Shown: in pieces, positions 1-9,125 of the stretch
Numbering within the stretch: the first letter of the stretch is position 1
Layout: each line of letters opens with the position of its first letter
Source: Cyclobacteriaceae bacterium
GTDB taxonomy: Bacteria; Bacteroidota; Bacteroidia; Cytophagales; Cyclobacteriaceae
Direction: 5' to 3'
DNA: 64,000 nt
NCBI GenBank assembly: GCA_039971015.1
Contig: JBDVKV010000024.1
Location: 1,171 to 65,170, forward strand
The notes under the pieces: generated by a model
Databases searched by the model: none
What the model was told of the DNA's origin: nothing
The model's input: only the letters and a program-made list of their open reading frames with translations
Made by a program: the position numbers and the translations under genes

Positions 1-44
1 TGGCCTGGGAGAACACAATGGTTAAAGTACCGCTCAAGTATTAA
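1..44 (+). CDS. 3' end of an upstream gene (partial), possibly a DUF2911-family C-terminus
   Basis: Frame from nt 3 reads AWENTMVKVPLKY* (TAA 42-44) and is followed by a terminator. The WENT-x-V-x-VP ending resembles DUF2911 C-termini, but only 13 residues are visible. Confidence 0.4.
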   Translation, partial: AWENTMVKVPLKY

Positions 45-67
45 TTAGCCGTATAAAAGATATAATG

Positions 68-96
68 AGGCCACCACACGGTGGCCTTTTTCTTTT
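68..96 (+). terminator. Intrinsic terminator
   Basis: AGGCCACC-acac-GGTGGCCT stem followed by TTTTCTTTT. Confidence 0.85.
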
Positions 97-164
97 CCGC
101 ATAGGGCTACTATAACCTTTTCAATGAATTTGCTACATTCGTTAATAACAAATCAAATTATACC

Positions 165-1463
165 GTGCGGATACTCTCCATCATACTTATTCTTCTGGTT
201 TCGTCTGCTTTTGTTGCTGGCCCTCCAATGATCGATAAAAAGTTAATCAAAAATGATATGCCGTTTCTGGTTGATTTTTATAAAACCCGACACAAAAATC
301 CTGAAATCTCCTTACAGGAGAAAGAAACTTCAAAAGCACTTGCTGCAGAATTGAAAAAAGTTGGGTTTTCTGTGACAGAAAATTTTGGAGGCTATGGCAT
401 AGTAGGTGTTTATAAAAACGGGAACGGCCCTACCATTTTGTACCGCACCGATATGGATGCCCTTCCCATGTATGAAAAAACTGACTTACCCTATCAAAGT
501 CAATTAAAGGCATCGCTCAATGGTGAAGAAGTGGGCACTATGCATTCCTGCGGTCATGACATACACATGACCACATGGTTGGGCACGGCCAGGGCCATGG
601 TAGCTATGAAAGATAAGTGGAAAGGAACACTTTTGCTGATCGGACAACCTGCCGAAGAAATTGGTGCTGGCGCGAAAATGATGCTTGAGGCTGGGCTTTA
701 CGAAAAATTCGGAGTTCCTAATTATGGCATTGGCTTACACTCAAGCCCAACATTACCTGCAGGAAAAGTAGGCATTAGCGATGGTTTTGTTATGGCCAGC
801 TCACAAAGCGTTGATATCAATGTATTTGGAGTAGGGTCACACGGTGCTTCACCTCATATGTCAATCGATCCACTGGTAGTGACAAGTATGCTGGTGATGG
901 AGTTACAAACAATTGTCAGTAGAAACTTAAAGCCAACAGAATCTGCGGTGGTTACCGTAGGAACAATAAAAGGAGGCACTGTTCATAATATTATCCCTGA
1001 CATGGTTACCCTAAAACTCACAATTCGCACATTCAAAGCCGAAGTATTGGAAATGGTAAACAAAAGAATAAAGGAGATTGCAAGGGGAGTTGGGATAGCG
1101 GCAGGCTTGCCAGAAGACAAACTACCAGAGGTAATCATCAAGGCTGCAGGTCCTGCTAATTATAATAACCCCGCAGTAACTTCCCGGATAATTGAATCCG
1201 CAACTTCGGTTGTAGGAAAAGAAAATGTAATAGATGAAGAGCCCGTTATGCTTTCTGAAGATTTTTCGTACTATGGACAAACAGAACACAAAGTACCCAC
1301 AGTATTTTATTGGTTAGGTACAGTGCCTGAAGCCCGTATGAAAAGCGGTGATCTTCCTGGACTGCACTCCCCCTTTTATTACCCACAACCTGAGATTTCT
1401 ATAGAAACTGGTGTGGGTGTTACTTCTCAAGCCCTACTAGATTTATTTAACACTAAAATGTAG
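165..1463 (+). CDS. M20D-family amidohydrolase (HipO/AbgB-like) with signal peptide
   Basis: Motifs YRTDMDALP, MHSCGHDIH, QPAEEIG, SEDFSYY and LHSP; hydrophobic N-terminus; GTG start. Confidence 0.9.
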   Translation: MRILSIILILLVSSAFVAGPPMIDKKLIKNDMPFLVDFYKTRHKNPEISLQEKETSKALAAELKKVGFSVTENFGGYGIVGVYKNGNGPTILYRTDMDALPMYEKTDLPYQSQLKASLNGEEVGTMHSCGHDIHMTTWLGTARAMVAMKDKWKGTLLLIGQPAEEIGAGAKMMLEAGLYEKFGVPNYGIGLHSSPTLPAGKVGISDGFVMASSQSVDINVFGVGSHGASPHMSIDPLVVTSMLVMELQTIVSRNLKPTESAVVTVGTIKGGTVHNIIPDMVTLKLTIRTFKAEVLEMVNKRIKEIARGVGIAAGLPEDKLPEVIIKAAGPANYNNPAVTSRIIESATSVVGKENVIDEEPVMLSEDFSYYGQTEHKVPTVFYWLGTVPEARMKSGDLPGLHSPFYYPQPEISIETGVGVTSQALLDLFNTKM

Positions 1464-1968
1464 TAGTCTCTTCTAAATTGGAATTGGTGATTCTCAAAAA
1501 GCGTTTCTCCTGCCCGTGATAAATTGTAATGATATTGGATTGCGTAGGAAACAATTCCATTAAGAAATCAGCTTTAACATCTACTTTATCCCATTGATCA
1601 GGGCATTCTATATCAAAATGAAACCAAACTGCATCACCATTCAATTCACAATGAGAAAGTGCCAGACTTGTTGATTTGTCGTTGATCGAATAACTCAAGT
1701 GTGCAGCAAAATAAGTCTCTATCTCAGACTGAATACCCTCACAATCTGATGTATCTAGAAAGTGAAAACGCTTTTTAAACGTATTCAATATCGCATCCTC
1801 CATATCATCAGTAAACACTTTTATTTTGATGGTTGCTGTACCACCAAGATTCTTATGATCAACCTCTACTAAGGATAAATAAATAGCGTGATCATTGTCG
1901 GGGTGCTGAACGCCACTAAATGGGGCGCTCATTAAAGCAAAAAGAATAGCTAATAACTGGCTTTGCAC
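1453..1968 (-). CDS. DUF6702-like exported protein
   Basis: Signal peptide, then HAIYLSLVEV...KVFTDDMEDA...LMELFPTQSNI, a pattern typical of this Bacteroidota family. Confidence 0.7.
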   Translation of the reverse strand: MQSQLLAILFALMSAPFSGVQHPDNDHAIYLSLVEVDHKNLGGTATIKIKVFTDDMEDAILNTFKKRFHFLDTSDCEGIQSEIETYFAAHLSYSINDKSTSLALSHCELNGDAVWFHFDIECPDQWDKVDVKADFLMELFPTQSNIITIYHGQEKRFLRITNSNLEETTTF

Positions 1969-1998
1969 TGAATCGGGGTATCTATCAAAGATACACGT

Positions 1999-2418
1999 TT
2001 ATCTCCGTACGATTTCTATATTGGTAAGTTCGTTGCCATCCGGCCATGGAAAAATGTAGGTGGCCTCTTCTACTATAATTACGCTAAAATCATCACTTGC
2101 TTTAAGATTGGTAAAAGTAATATTGTATGGGCGTACCAAATCAGCATCATTGGCATTGATGCGTATCCGCCCAAAGGTGGTCTCAGTGATTGATTCTGTT
2201 TGTACCTCAGCCATCCCTTCCTGGCCTTCCACAAATATCTTTTGGTTAGTCACTGCGAGTATTTCAGGATTACCACCTACAATATCAAACTCAACTTTGA
2301 TTTTCTCATCAGGAGTAGTATAGGTCCACATTCCAATCAGTGAAGTAAACCCCATCTCTTCTTCTTTGCATCCAAATAAGAATGCTACCATTATCATCCA
2401 ATAAACTCCGCCTTTCAT
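1999..2418 (-). CDS. Hypothetical lipoprotein
   Basis: Lipobox-like FLFGC followed by KEEE; beta-rich body (IGMWTYTT, lipocalin-like start); co-oriented with the DUF6702 gene. Confidence 0.65.
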   Translation of the reverse strand: MKGGVYWMIMVAFLFGCKEEEMGFTSLIGMWTYTTPDEKIKVEFDIVGGNPEILAVTNQKIFVEGQEGMAEVQTESITETTFGRIRINANDADLVRPYNITFTNLKASDDFSVIIVEEATYIFPWPDGNELTNIEIVRR

Positions 2419-2526
2419 AATCTATTCTCTATTAATTAATTGATAGTCCCTAATAAGAAACGCAGTGACACAATTGATTGTTCAAGATTGAGCAAAGTAA
2501 CCTATTAAACACTCTCTTCTAATACC

Positions 2527-2534
2527 TAAATTTG
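2527..2534 (+). promoter_or_regulatory. Bacteroidota -7 promoter element (SET gene)
   Basis: TAAATTTG matches TAnnTTTG; the ORF track's TTG start lies inside it. Confidence 0.6.
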
Positions 2535-2561
2535 CGTGAACCTTATGCATCTGATCATCAA

Positions 2562-2981
2562 ATGGCACTGTTAGAAAAGATACTTGTAGTAAAGAAGTCT
2601 AAAATACCACGTTCCGGCCAAGGCTTATTCACCACTGAAAAAATATATAAGGGCGCATGTATTGTGGAGTATAAAGGACGTCTTGAAAAATGGAGTGAAG
2701 TCAAAGATCAGGACGGATACAATGGATACCTTCTTAAGCTCAATGAGAGATGGGCAATAAACGCTTTACCCTACAAACGCGCTCTGGGAAGATTTGCTAA
2801 TGATGCTAAGGGAATCCATCGAAAAGATAATCTTACTAATAATGCTGAATACCTGATTGAGGGAAAACGATGCTTTATTTTTGCTAAAAGGGGAATAAAT
2901 CCGGGTGAAGAGATTCTGGTGAGTTATGGTAGAGAATATTGGAATCTCATCAAAAGAATATCAAAAGAACTCGGGAAATAA
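2562..2981 (+). CDS. SET-domain protein-lysine methyltransferase
   Basis: KSKIPRSGQGLF (SAM-binding GxG), RFANDA (NH-motif variant) and GEEILVSYGREYW (ExxxxY motif). Start moved to ATG 2562. Confidence 0.85.
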   Translation: MALLEKILVVKKSKIPRSGQGLFTTEKIYKGACIVEYKGRLEKWSEVKDQDGYNGYLLKLNERWAINALPYKRALGRFANDAKGIHRKDNLTNNAEYLIEGKRCFIFAKRGINPGEEILVSYGREYWNLIKRISKELGK

Positions 2982-3042
2982 GCGCTGGCAACTATTTTAC
3001 GCTACTTTCAGTAAAATAGGTTTGCTATGAATAAAAAGGATA

Positions 3043-3050
3043 TATATTTG
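3043..3050 (+). promoter_or_regulatory. Bacteroidota -7 promoter element (HU gene)
   Basis: TATATTTG, 41 nt upstream of the HU ATG. Confidence 0.65.
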
Positions 3051-3091
3051 CGCCCCATAAGTAATTCATTAAACACTTACCGTACTTTTTT

Positions 3092-3358
3092 ATGACTAAA
3101 GCAGAACTTATTACCAAAATTGCAGATGATGCAGAAATTACTAAAGTAGCAGCTACTACAGCGCTTAACTCATTTCTAGAAGGAGTTACTAAGACTTTGA
3201 AGAAAGGAGACAAATTAACATTGGTTGGTTTTGGTACATTTTCTGTTAGCAAAAGAGCTGCAAGAAAAGGCCGCAACCCTTTCACTGGTGAAGAGATAAA
3301 AATCAAAGCCAAAAAAGTTGCCAAATTTAAAGCAAGCAAAGAACTGTTGACTAAATAG
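3092..3358 (+). CDS. hup: DNA-binding protein HU
   Basis: MTKAELI...LVGFGTFSVSKRAARKGRNPFTGEEIKI, the canonical HU signature. Confidence 0.97.
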   Translation: MTKAELITKIADDAEITKVAATTALNSFLEGVTKTLKKGDKLTLVGFGTFSVSKRAARKGRNPFTGEEIKIKAKKVAKFKASKELLTK

Positions 3359-3373
3359 TTAAACGCAAGCGAA

Positions 3374-3407
3374 ATAAAAAAACCCTGACTAGTCAGGGTT
3401 TTTTTAT
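3374..3407. terminator. Bidirectional intrinsic terminator (perfect 34-bp palindrome)
   Basis: ATAAAAAAACCCTGACT|AGTCAGGGTTTTTTTAT between convergent hup and the OmpA-family gene. Confidence 0.9.
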
Positions 3408-3429
3408 GCTCATTATTTATCGCTCCGTT

Positions 3430-4740
3430 TTACTCCTCCAATATTTCAACATCCACACGAACATTTTTCTTTGCATTTACGCTGTTCTTGTCATGAATCA
3501 TTCTTCCTCCACCCCACGCCTTAATTTCAATACGATCTTCAGCTACTCCTTGGGATACCAACCACTCCTTAATCGCTAATGCTCTCTGCTTTGACAATTC
3601 TTTTGCTGATCCAGAACCATCATTCACATCATTTGCCAGGGAGAAAAAAGATTTACTTGGCCCCATAGTAATTAACCTCCCTCTTGAATTTCCATTAGTG
3701 TGGCCATGCAACATAATTCTGTAATTGGGATTTTCTTGCATCATAGTCAACAGGCTGTTCAATTGATACTTCGACTCAGGAAGCATAATGGCAGCATCAT
3801 TATAAAAGAAAACATTATAAAGCGTATTGATATCCCCTTTATGATAGCGAACCATATCAAACTTAATCACATAGTGATTGCCTGCCCATTCCATAAAATG
3901 GCTTGTACTGTCATTAGGCACTTGGCCGTATAGAATAGTATGTTGAACTGGCCTGTATCCAAATACATTCGCAATCAAAGAAATTTTACCCGTTTTGCTT
4001 TTAGGATCTGGCAGACTTGCGTACTCATTTCCTTTCACTTTCTCTACAAGTCTCGCTCTATCAATATCAATCACCTCTACTTCGCCTTCTATTTGATTGT
4101 TATTGGTTGCGTTAAACAGGCTTAAATATACGGATGCTTCAGCCACTGGTTTTGGTTCAGTGATAGGATCCTCCTCCACTTCTTCCACTACAGCATCACT
4201 TTCAGCAGATGCTGTCTCTTCTACTTCTGCCACCTCTTCTTCCATTACACTTTCATCAGGCTTGCTTTCAGGTTCTGTAGGTTCCATTATCTCTTCGGCC
4301 TTTTCAGGAACCTCAACAGTTGTTCCATTGGGCACAACTTCCTCCTCTTTTTTCGTTTCCACCACAGGGGTTGTGCTTGCAATCATTTGAACCTTCGTGT
4401 TCATCTCCCCTTTCATAATCCTTACCCACGCCTCTTCGAATCCTGCTTTTTTACGAGTCTCCAGCATTTCCTTAATCGACTCATCAAAATCTTCGAAATA
4501 ATCTAAATAGACATATAGGTAATTCCGCTTGGTATCAGCGCCATACTTGGCATCAATACCATCCTTATTAATGCGATTGATATAATTCTGTGCGTAGGTG
4601 TCTTGACCCAGTCGATATGCTGCAACTACTACGTAGTAACCCGATGCCAAAGGAGCAGCAGCAGTTTGAGCTCTACCCTCGAAATAGAGGAATTGAGAAA
4701 GGAATAGTGCGATGAAAATTCCTTTTGATTGTAAGCGCAT
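3430..4740 (-). CDS. OmpA-family protein: SPOR-like N-terminus, acidic linker, atypical OmpA_C domain
   Basis: Signal peptide; YYVVVAAY...AGFEEAWV (SPOR-like); E/P-rich linker; C-terminal LHGHTN...LSKQRA...AWGG...NVRVDVEI. Confidence 0.8.
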   Translation of the reverse strand: MRLQSKGIFIALFLSQFLYFEGRAQTAAAPLASGYYVVVAAYRLGQDTYAQNYINRINKDGIDAKYGADTKRNYLYVYLDYFEDFDESIKEMLETRKKAGFEEAWVRIMKGEMNTKVQMIASTTPVVETKKEEEVVPNGTTVEVPEKAEEIMEPTEPESKPDESVMEEEVAEVEETASAESDAVVEEVEEDPITEPKPVAEASVYLSLFNATNNNQIEGEVEVIDIDRARLVEKVKGNEYASLPDPKSKTGKISLIANVFGYRPVQHTILYGQVPNDSTSHFMEWAGNHYVIKFDMVRYHKGDINTLYNVFFYNDAAIMLPESKYQLNSLLTMMQENPNYRIMLHGHTNGNSRGRLITMGPSKSFFSLANDVNDGSGSAKELSKQRALAIKEWLVSQGVAEDRIEIKAWGGGRMIHDKNSVNAKKNVRVDVEILEE

Positions 4741-4823
4741 GATAAAGCCTTTTGGTTGTACTAAATATTATGCAAAAATGGCACTTTTTCAAAGGGTTTT
4801 ACTCCTAAATGAGCCCTCCTCAG

Positions 4824-5795
4824 CTACGCATGTAAGTTTCTGAGGATCTCTCTCAAAAAACCGGCCCCATACCCCGTTAATTGTACAAATGCGGCAGGCC
4901 CCGCAAGTAAGGTTACTACTACAGATTTCGTTTTTAGAAAGGCAGAAACAGATAAAGTAAGCATATAAGCCAGGTATACAACCCCCAATAAGGTGCTTAT
5001 CTGCATATCAATAGGCAAAAACCCGAGCAACAACACCCACCCCATCAGGAAAACAGCCGGAAACCAGTGAGTAATCTTTATGGCTCCAGGGTGGGCAGTG
5101 TTCACCAAAACACGCCCCCTCCCAAAATTAAAAACCTGCCAAAAGAATTGCTTGAAATTGGTGCGTCTCTTGTGATACACAAACGCATCGTTAATGTACC
5201 CCACCTTATATCCTAATTTCTTCATCCGGAGACTGAATTCAATATCTTCCGCAAAGCGATCAAACTTGAAGCCTCCCGTATTCAAAAAAACATCTCTGCT
5301 GATACCCATATTGAAGCTGCGTGGCTGAAAGGAGCCCATCCGCTTTTCTCCACCCCGAATTCCTCCCGTTGTGAAAACGGAAGACATGGTGAATGCCATC
5401 GCTTGCTGTAGTTGAGTAAAACCTTCATGCCCTTTATCAGGACCACCCCAGGCATCCAATGGAGTTTGAGCAAGGTATTCGTCTACCGCTTTAAAGTAAT
5501 GCGGAGGAAGAATACAATCAGAATCAAACACGACAAAATAGTTTCCCTTTGCCTGCGCAAAACCAAAATTCCGACTTGGTCCCGGGCCACTATTGGGTTT
5601 GAAGAAGTATTGAATTTGAAGCACATCCGTAAACTGTTCATACACCTCTACGCATGTATCAGTAGAACCATCTTCCACGATCAGTACTTCAAAATTTTTA
5701 AATACCTGATTTGTGAGACTTTGAAGAAGTTCTTTTATTTCTTGTGGTCGGTTATATACCGGAACAATGATGGAGTATTTTGGATTGACACTCAT
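4824..5795 (-). CDS. Glycosyltransferase family 2
   Basis: YSIIVPVYNR, VEDGS, GPGPSRN, FDSDC (DxD), EDIEF, HKRR and C-terminal TM helices. Start moved to ATG 5795 because the track's TTG sits in the promoter box TACTTTTG. Confidence 0.9.
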   Translation of the reverse strand: MSVNPKYSIIVPVYNRPQEIKELLQSLTNQVFKNFEVLIVEDGSTDTCVEVYEQFTDVLQIQYFFKPNSGPGPSRNFGFAQAKGNYFVVFDSDCILPPHYFKAVDEYLAQTPLDAWGGPDKGHEGFTQLQQAMAFTMSSVFTTGGIRGGEKRMGSFQPRSFNMGISRDVFLNTGGFKFDRFAEDIEFSLRMKKLGYKVGYINDAFVYHKRRTNFKQFFWQVFNFGRGRVLVNTAHPGAIKITHWFPAVFLMGWVLLLGFLPIDMQISTLLGVVYLAYMLTLSVSAFLKTKSVVVTLLAGPAAFVQLTGYGAGFLREILRNLHA

Positions 5796-5895
5796 GCAAT
5801 GCAAAAGTAATCAATTGATTACATTCGTCTTTCGCTCGAAAAAGTTACCTTGAAACACCGTTCGAACATTAGATCACTTTAGTATTTTTAACAAT

Positions 5896-6408
5896 ATGAA
5901 ACAGGGAGTTTTCTTAATTCTAATCTTTCAGCTCTGTCATATCACTTCCATAGGACAGTCTATGGACTACAGTAAGGATGTTGAAACAATAGAATCTACC
6001 ATACAGTCACTTTATGAAGTGATATCCGGGAGCCCGGGACAACAACGGGATTGGGCTCGATTTCGCAATTTATTTTTACCTGAGTCCAGGTTAATCCCCA
6101 CAGGAAAAAATAAACAAAATGAATTTACCCTACGCACTATCACACCGGAGGAGTATATTCAGATGTTTACTAAAAATGTTAAAACCGGATTTTTCGAAGA
6201 AGAATTACATCATGAGGTGGAGGAATACGGAACTATATCCCATGTTTTCAGTACTTACGAAACACGTGAAAGCATAAATGGCCCAACCAGCAACAGAGGT
6301 ATAAACAGCATACAATTGTACAATGACGGTAATCGTTATTATGTTGTTAATATATTCTGGTGTGCCGAAAGTATGGGCTTTACCATTCCATCTAAGTATC
6401 TCAATTAA
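5896..6408 (+). CDS. Exported hypothetical protein, NTF2/SnoaL-like
   Basis: Signal peptide; LYEVISG...RDWARFRNLF...SHVFSTYE...GINSIQL is a conserved pattern of a common uncharacterised family. Confidence 0.6.
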   Translation: MKQGVFLILIFQLCHITSIGQSMDYSKDVETIESTIQSLYEVISGSPGQQRDWARFRNLFLPESRLIPTGKNKQNEFTLRTITPEEYIQMFTKNVKTGFFEEELHHEVEEYGTISHVFSTYETRESINGPTSNRGINSIQLYNDGNRYYVVNIFWCAESMGFTIPSKYLN

Positions 6409-6422
6409 TTTTAACTATTTTC

Positions 6423-7943
6423 ATGAAACTATCCATTAAATTATTTCTCCTGTTGGGAGCAATGCTCACTACCCTTACCAGTGTAGCACAAAAGAAAAAT
6501 AACCAGGACGAACTTATTCATAAACATGCTGTCGAATCATTCAAAGACCTTTATGCATTGTTAAGCATTCCTAATGATGCGCATTTCCCTAAAGACATCG
6601 AAAAAAATATTCAGTGGTGTGAAGAGGCATTCACAAAAAGAGGTTTTACAACCACACGTTTAGAAACCCCTACCGTGCCTTTACTTCTTGCCGAGCGCAA
6701 AGCCAAAAAAGCAACCAAAACTGTTCTTATCTATCTGCAGATAGACGGCCAACCTGTAGATACCAGTAAGTGGTTTCAGGAAAGCCCCTGGACACCCACA
6801 CTAAAAGAAAAGAGTGCCAGTGGCGAATGGAGGGCCATCAACTATGAACGACTTTACGAAAATTATAATCCAGACTGGAGAGTTTTTGCCCGATCTGCCT
6901 CAGACGCAAAAGGGCCCGCTGCGGCTTTTCTTGGCTCACTGGATGCAATGATAGCCGCTAAAGCGGAACCTAATTACAACATCAAGGTCATTATGGATTT
7001 TGAGGAAGAGTTGGGCTCTCCAAGGCTTCCTGCGGCTGTTAGCAAGTATAAAAATGAACTGGCCTCTGATATGTTCATCATATTTGACGGGCCACGACAC
7101 GTAAGCAATGAGCCTACGCTAAGCTTTGGCGCGAGAGGGATAAGTGATATCACTATTACTACCTATGGCCCACGGCAGCCGGTACATAGCGGCAATTATG
7201 GAAACTATACGCCCAACCCTGCCATGAGGCTTTCACAGCTGTTGGCATCCATGAAAGATGAGGATGGAAGAGTAATCATTCCTGGGTATTATGATGGAAC
7301 AACACTAACAGATGCGGAGAAGGAAACTTTGATGCTGGTACCGGACAACGAAGAGGAGATCAATAAATTTTTGGGGATAGCAGAGGCTGATAAAATCGGT
7401 GCAAACTTTCAGGAATCGCTTCAGTATCCTACCCTGAACATCAGAGGGCTGGATGCACTTTATGTGGGTGACAAAGCCAGAACACTCATACCTGCACAAG
7501 CCACCGCAGAAATTGATATCAGACTGGTTCCGACCAGCGACCCGGACAGGCTAATCGGTCTTGTTAAAAAACATATTGAAGATCAAGGTTACCACCTCAC
7601 AGCAGGAGAACCAACAGAAGAAGAAAGACAGAAATACCCCCGATTGGCTTCCTTTACTTCAAGCACTTCTTACCTGGCATTTCAAACTCCTTTTGATTCA
7701 GAGGTGGGCTTGTGGTTGAATCGCGCCATGACCCGTGCATTTGGTAAGGAGCCCATTAAGATCAGAACTGCGGGAGGGTCAATTCCAATATCACCTTTCG
7801 TTATCACATTAGGAATTCCTGCCGTAGCCGTTCCTACGGTAAACGCAGACAACAATCAACATGCACCCAATGAGAATATCCGCATTGGCAATTATGTTGA
7901 AGCCGTAAAAGCTTTCTATTATATCCTTACAGAGAAATTGTAG
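6423..7943 (+). CDS. M20-family metallo-hydrolase/dipeptidase, exported
   Basis: DGQPVD, ARSASDAKGP, DFEEELGSP, HSGNYG and DNNQHAPNEN; signal peptide. Confidence 0.85.
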   Translation: MKLSIKLFLLLGAMLTTLTSVAQKKNNQDELIHKHAVESFKDLYALLSIPNDAHFPKDIEKNIQWCEEAFTKRGFTTTRLETPTVPLLLAERKAKKATKTVLIYLQIDGQPVDTSKWFQESPWTPTLKEKSASGEWRAINYERLYENYNPDWRVFARSASDAKGPAAAFLGSLDAMIAAKAEPNYNIKVIMDFEEELGSPRLPAAVSKYKNELASDMFIIFDGPRHVSNEPTLSFGARGISDITITTYGPRQPVHSGNYGNYTPNPAMRLSQLLASMKDEDGRVIIPGYYDGTTLTDAEKETLMLVPDNEEEINKFLGIAEADKIGANFQESLQYPTLNIRGLDALYVGDKARTLIPAQATAEIDIRLVPTSDPDRLIGLVKKHIEDQGYHLTAGEPTEEERQKYPRLASFTSSTSYLAFQTPFDSEVGLWLNRAMTRAFGKEPIKIRTAGGSIPISPFVITLGIPAVAVPTVNADNNQHAPNENIRIGNYVEAVKAFYYILTEKL

Positions 7944-7949
7944 GTTGGC

Positions 7950-9041
7950 TTAGTCAACCCACTCTGCAAAAAACAGATTAGTATCTCGTGTTCCTCCATT
8001 GTTCCTATTGGAGCTGAACACGAGGTATTTTCCATCCGGAGAAAACATAGGGAACGCATCAAAAGTGTCATCGTGTGTTATGCGCTCCAAACCTGTACCA
8101 TCAACATTGATCATATACAGGTTAAATGGAAATCCTCTTTCTGTTTCATGATTAGAAGCAAAAATTACTTTTTCACCTGAAGGATGGAAGAATGGACACC
8201 AGTTGGCTTTTCCTAAATCTGTCAACTGACGCAAATCAGATCCATCCACATTACAAATAAACAATTCCATGTCAGTTGGCATTACCAATCCTTCCGCAAG
8301 CAGGTCTTTATAGACCTTGATATCTTCCTCCGTCTTTGGACGAGAAGATCTGAAAATCAATTTTGATCCATCCGGAGAAAAGAAAGCTCCTCCGTCATAT
8401 CCCAATTCATTGGTTATCTGCTTTACATCTGTACCGTCAATATTCATAGTATACAACTCAAGATCACCTGTCCGCAATGAAGTAAAGACGATCTTATCTC
8501 CATTTGGAGAAACAGTAGCTTCTGCATCATAACCAGGCTCGTCTGTAAGCTGCTTAACGATGTTTCCTTTTAAGTCTGTAACAAAAATGTCAAAGTCTGG
8601 ATAGATAGGCCACACATATTTTCCGTCCTCTCTACGCGCAGGAACAGGAGGGCATGCTTCATTGCCTAAGTGTGTAGAGGCATATACAATCGTTGTGTCA
8701 CCAGGCATAAAGTAAGAACAAGTTGTTCTTCCCAACCCAGTGCTCACCATCTGAGGAGTCGAGTTATTGAGGTCATCCGTAAATGGGTTCACATAAAAAA
8801 TTTGATCGCACTCTGTACCAAATTTTTCGCTGGTAGATTGAAACGTAAGCATGGAGTTATCAAAACTCCAATAAGCTTCTGCGTTGTCGCCACCGAAGGT
8901 TATTTGTTTTATGTTCTTCAGGTGTTTTTCATCGTCATAACGAAGGGTGTCAGCTGTTGCTGTTTGATCGTTGTTTTGATTTTCTGACTTCTGGCTACAT
9001 GCAGCCAAAATGACAATAAGAAATAGGTAATAAAACTTCAT
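7950..9041 (-). CDS. TolB-like PD40/WD40 beta-propeller lipoprotein
   Basis: Lipobox ILAAC; repeated xSPDGxKxxFxS blades (VSPNGDKIVFTS, FSPDGSKLIFRS, FHPSGEKVIFAS, FSPDGKYLVFSS). Confidence 0.9.
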   Translation of the reverse strand: MKFYYLFLIVILAACSQKSENQNNDQTATADTLRYDDEKHLKNIKQITFGGDNAEAYWSFDNSMLTFQSTSEKFGTECDQIFYVNPFTDDLNNSTPQMVSTGLGRTTCSYFMPGDTTIVYASTHLGNEACPPVPARREDGKYVWPIYPDFDIFVTDLKGNIVKQLTDEPGYDAEATVSPNGDKIVFTSLRTGDLELYTMNIDGTDVKQITNELGYDGGAFFSPDGSKLIFRSSRPKTEEDIKVYKDLLAEGLVMPTDMELFICNVDGSDLRQLTDLGKANWCPFFHPSGEKVIFASNHETERGFPFNLYMINVDGTGLERITHDDTFDAFPMFSPDGKYLVFSSNRNNGGTRDTNLFFAEWVD

Positions 9042-9125
9042 GAGGTATGTGCTAAGTGCTTAAATTCGTGCTTTAATTTCTGGTCGCAAATTTAATAGTA
9101 AAGCATCGCAATCCTCAACTTTATC

